From positions 1-13,550 of the IMG/VR virus record IMGVR_UViG_2529292922_000026: DNA of 13,550 nucleotides; one strand, given 5' to 3'. This DNA is from a virus (lineage: Duplodnaviria > Heunggongvirae > Uroviricota > Caudoviricetes). Below, piece after piece: positions 11,490-13,550 of this stretch (its first letter is position 1; every line of letters starts with the position of its first letter). The notes under the pieces are model-generated. The model ran no database searches. It was not told the DNA's origin and worked only from the letters and a program-made list of their open reading frames with translations. A program made the translations under genes and the position numbers.

Positions 11490-11500
11490 TCCCGTAACTG

Positions 11501-11525
11501 AGGTCGCTATTGGCGGCCTTTTTTG
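11501..11525 (+). terminator. Intrinsic terminator after the small-ORF pair
   Basis: AGGTCGC-tattg-GCGGCCT (one G-U pair) followed by a T-run. Confidence 0.45.
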
Positions 11526-11656
11526 TATCCGCGCCACGCCCGGCGCATATCAACCACAGAGCCTTTCGGGGGTGAGCTTACGGAGTGGTCAGTGTGACTT
11601 TCTCTGTGGGCAGATCGCTCCCGGGCGTTGGCTCACCCACCCAAAGGAACGTCACG

Positions 11657-12088
11657 ATGTTTGGTATTTTTGGTAAAAAAGCCCGCCGAGCGGCAGTGGA
11701 AATTAAAAAGTTTGAGAAACGTGATCTGGCACAGGCGGTTATTAATGCTGCCTATCTGGTGGCCTATGCAGATGGTGAATGTGAGGCTTCAGAGAAAGCG
11801 AAGATCGAGCAGATCTTGCGTAACCAGCCTGCGTTGTCCGCGTTTACGTCAGAAATTAATGCGATTAGCGCAACCATTATCGGTCAGCTGGATACGAACT
11901 TTAAAATTGGTCGTCGAGCGGCATTGCGTGAAATTGAAGATGTGAAACACGATACGCGTGAAGCGGAAGATGTGCTGGATGTGGCGGTGGCCATTGCGGA
12001 GGCAGACGGCGAAATTGAGCCGGAAGAGCGCAAGGTGCTGGAAGAGATTGCCGGTGTTCTGGGTCTTCGTCTGGAGAATCACCAGTGA
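11657..12088 (+). CDS. TerB-like (tellurite-resistance TerB family) protein
   Basis: 143 aa from ATG 11657 (RBS AAAGGAA); two helical repeats with ADG motifs (YLVAYADGECEASEKAKIEQIL and AVAIAEADGEIEPEERKVLEEIAGVLGL), the pattern I associate with TerB. Track ORF starts at GTG 11585 in the same frame. Confidence 0.65.
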   Translation: MFGIFGKKARRAAVEIKKFEKRDLAQAVINAAYLVAYADGECEASEKAKIEQILRNQPALSAFTSEINAISATIIGQLDTNFKIGRRAALREIEDVKHDTREAEDVLDVAVAIAEADGEIEPEERKVLEEIAGVLGLRLENHQ

Positions 12089-12252
12089 CGGTAAAACTGC
12101 GCCTGGCTGTGGCTGCACTCCTGCTGTTTCTGGTGGTGATGGTGGATTTCACCAGCAGAATCATGTCGGTGCTGGCGGATGGGGTGCTGGTCTGCGGCAT
12201 TGTGGTATTGCTGTGGCCGGTGATAAAAAGAAACAGCCTGCATAATGCTTGA
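12085..12252 (+). CDS. Candidate small hydrophobic membrane protein (55 aa), translationally coupled to the TerB-like gene
   Basis: GTG start overlapping the TerB stop (GTGA); translation VTVKLRLAVAALLLFLVVMVDFTSRIMSVLADGVLVCGIVVLLWPVIKRNSLHNA has two hydrophobic stretches. Not in the ORF track. Confidence 0.4.
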   Translation: MTVKLRLAVAALLLFLVVMVDFTSRIMSVLADGVLVCGIVVLLWPVIKRNSLHNA

Positions 12253-12566
12253 TTTTTTTATTTGCTGTTTATTAAAAATACTACTGCATGGTGAATCCCC
12301 CTGTGCGGAGGGGCGATCAGCAACCAGGTATATGGGATAATCGCGGATTCAGGTGCTGATACTGAATTCACCGGGAGGCACCCGGCACCATGCTTTGCCG
12401 CAAAAGTGTTGTTTCTGTTTTTCTCAAACTATCATCGTTATCCCTTTATTTCCGGCTGCGCATGGCGTGGCCTTTTTTTTACGACCAGCCACTGGCAGAT
12501 GGCCATCCTGTAATTTGATTCCGGTTCCGGCTTTTTAACTCTGTTCCTGTACACGGGAGAAATTCG

Positions 12567-13550
12567 ATGTCGATTAAACATTATGATGTTGTCAGGGCGG
12601 CGTCGCCGTCAGACCTTGCGGAAAAGCTGACACACAAACTGAAAGAGGGCTGGCAGCCGTTTGGTAGTCCGGTGGCCATAACCCCTTATACCCTGATGCA
12701 GGCGATTACAGCAGAAGGTGATGTGGTGGTCAGTGGTGCAACTGAGCCGGATTGGTACTACGTCATCGTACTGGCCGGGCAGTCCAATGCCATGGCTTAC
12801 GGTGAAGGGCTTCCGCTGCCGGATTCATACGATGCTCCGGATCCGCGCATTAAACAGCTGGCGCGCCGCAGTACAGTTACGCCGGGTGGGGCTGCATGCA
12901 GATATAACGATATTATTCCGGCCGACCACTGCCTGCATGATGTGCAGGATATGAGTACGCTGAATCATCCGAAGGCAGACCTGAGCAAAGGGCAGTACGG
13001 CTGTGTCGGCCAGGGCTTACATATTGCCAAAAAACTGCTCCCGTATATCCCGAATAACGCGGGGATCCTGCTGGTACCATGCTGTCGTGGTGGTTCGGCA
13101 TTCACCCAGGGCGCGGAGGGGACATTCAGTGCGGACACGGGGGCCAGCCAGGATTCGGCACGCTGGGGTGTGGGTAAACCGTTATATCAGGACCTGATTG
13201 CGCGCACTAAAGCTGCATTACAGAAGAACCCGAAAAATGTGTTGCTGGCGGTGTGCTGGATGCAGGGAGAGTTTGACATGAGCGCCGCCACCCACGCACA
13301 GCAACCTGCGCTGTTTACAGCCATGCTGACACAGTTTCGTGCTGACCTCTCCGTGTTTAACGCGCAGTGCCATGGTGGCAGTGCTGCAGATGTGCCGTGG
13401 ATTTGTGGTGACACGACGTATTACTGGAAAAATACATACGCTACCCAGTACGACACCGTGTACGGCGGGTATAAAAACAGGGAGAGTGAGGGCGTTTATT
13501 TTGTGCCCTTCATGACAGACGGTAACGGCGTCAATACCGCCACTAACGCA
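12567..13550 (+). CDS. SASA-domain sialate O-acetylesterase, NanS-p/YjhS-like, 3'-partial
   Basis: Open frame from ATG 12567 (RBS GGGAGA) to the window end, 328 codons with no stop; absent from the ORF track because no stop lies in the window. Motif GQSNAMAYGEG; this gene family sits downstream of stxB in Stx phages. Confidence 0.8.
   Translation, partial: MSIKHYDVVRAASPSDLAEKLTHKLKEGWQPFGSPVAITPYTLMQAITAEGDVVVSGATEPDWYYVIVLAGQSNAMAYGEGLPLPDSYDAPDPRIKQLARRSTVTPGGAACRYNDIIPADHCLHDVQDMSTLNHPKADLSKGQYGCVGQGLHIAKKLLPYIPNNAGILLVPCCRGGSAFTQGAEGTFSADTGASQDSARWGVGKPLYQDLIARTKAALQKNPKNVLLAVCWMQGEFDMSAATHAQQPALFTAMLTQFRADLSVFNAQCHGGSAADVPWICGDTTYYWKNTYATQYDTVYGGYKNRESEGVYFVPFMTDGNGVNTATNA

Noticed and set aside
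10931-11530. Shiga toxin genes stxA/stxB, expected by synteny after the tRNA trio
   Set aside because: The two ORFs are 74 and 76 aa; neither has a signal peptide or any resemblance to StxA (about 320 aa) or StxB (about 90 aa with a hydrophobic leader).
11585-11656. GTG 11585 as the start of the TerB-like gene
   Set aside because: The ATG at 11657 has a better-placed RBS and the extra 24 residues add no recognisable domain; the in-frame upstream start cannot be excluded.
11628-12245. Track ORFs 11628..11945 (+), 11849..12118 (-), 11901..12200 (-) and 11958..12245 (+)
   Set aside because: Overlapping-frame or antisense ORFs across the TerB-like gene and the small membrane ORF; basic or low-complexity translations without start signals.
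12718-13197. Track ORFs 12718..12954 and 13003..13197 (+)
   Set aside because: Both are out of frame within the long open frame starting at 12567, which carries the SASA esterase motif.

Overview
Mosaic accessory region built on the remnant of a lambdoid prophage. Left to right: a 5'-partial P4-type tyrosine integrase (1-1191); a decayed EptA/sulfatase-family pseudogene on the minus strand (about 1592-2819); an IS21-family element I recognise as IS100 (2820-4773, istA/istB, no target-site duplication); then a prophage nin-to-Q block on the plus strand: Dam-family methylase whose 5' end is replaced by the IS100 terminus, a LexA-N-terminal-domain-like protein, RusA, a KilA-N protein, a DUF968 gene split by an IS50-like IS4-family element (6914-8463, 8-bp flanking direct repeat), a Q-like antiterminator, a candidate pR'/tR' and three tRNAs (anticodons CAU, UCG, UCU). 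Downstream, where Stx phages carry stxAB, there is no toxin; instead there are two uncharacterised small ORFs bracketed by near-identical terminators, a TerB-like protein coupled to a 55-aa hydrophobic ORF, and a 3'-partial NanS-p-like SASA esterase running off the window. No repressor, replication, lysis or structural genes are in the window. The small-ORF cassette and the TerB module are the best candidates for undescribed function. All identifications rest on reading the translations and motifs by eye; no database search was run.
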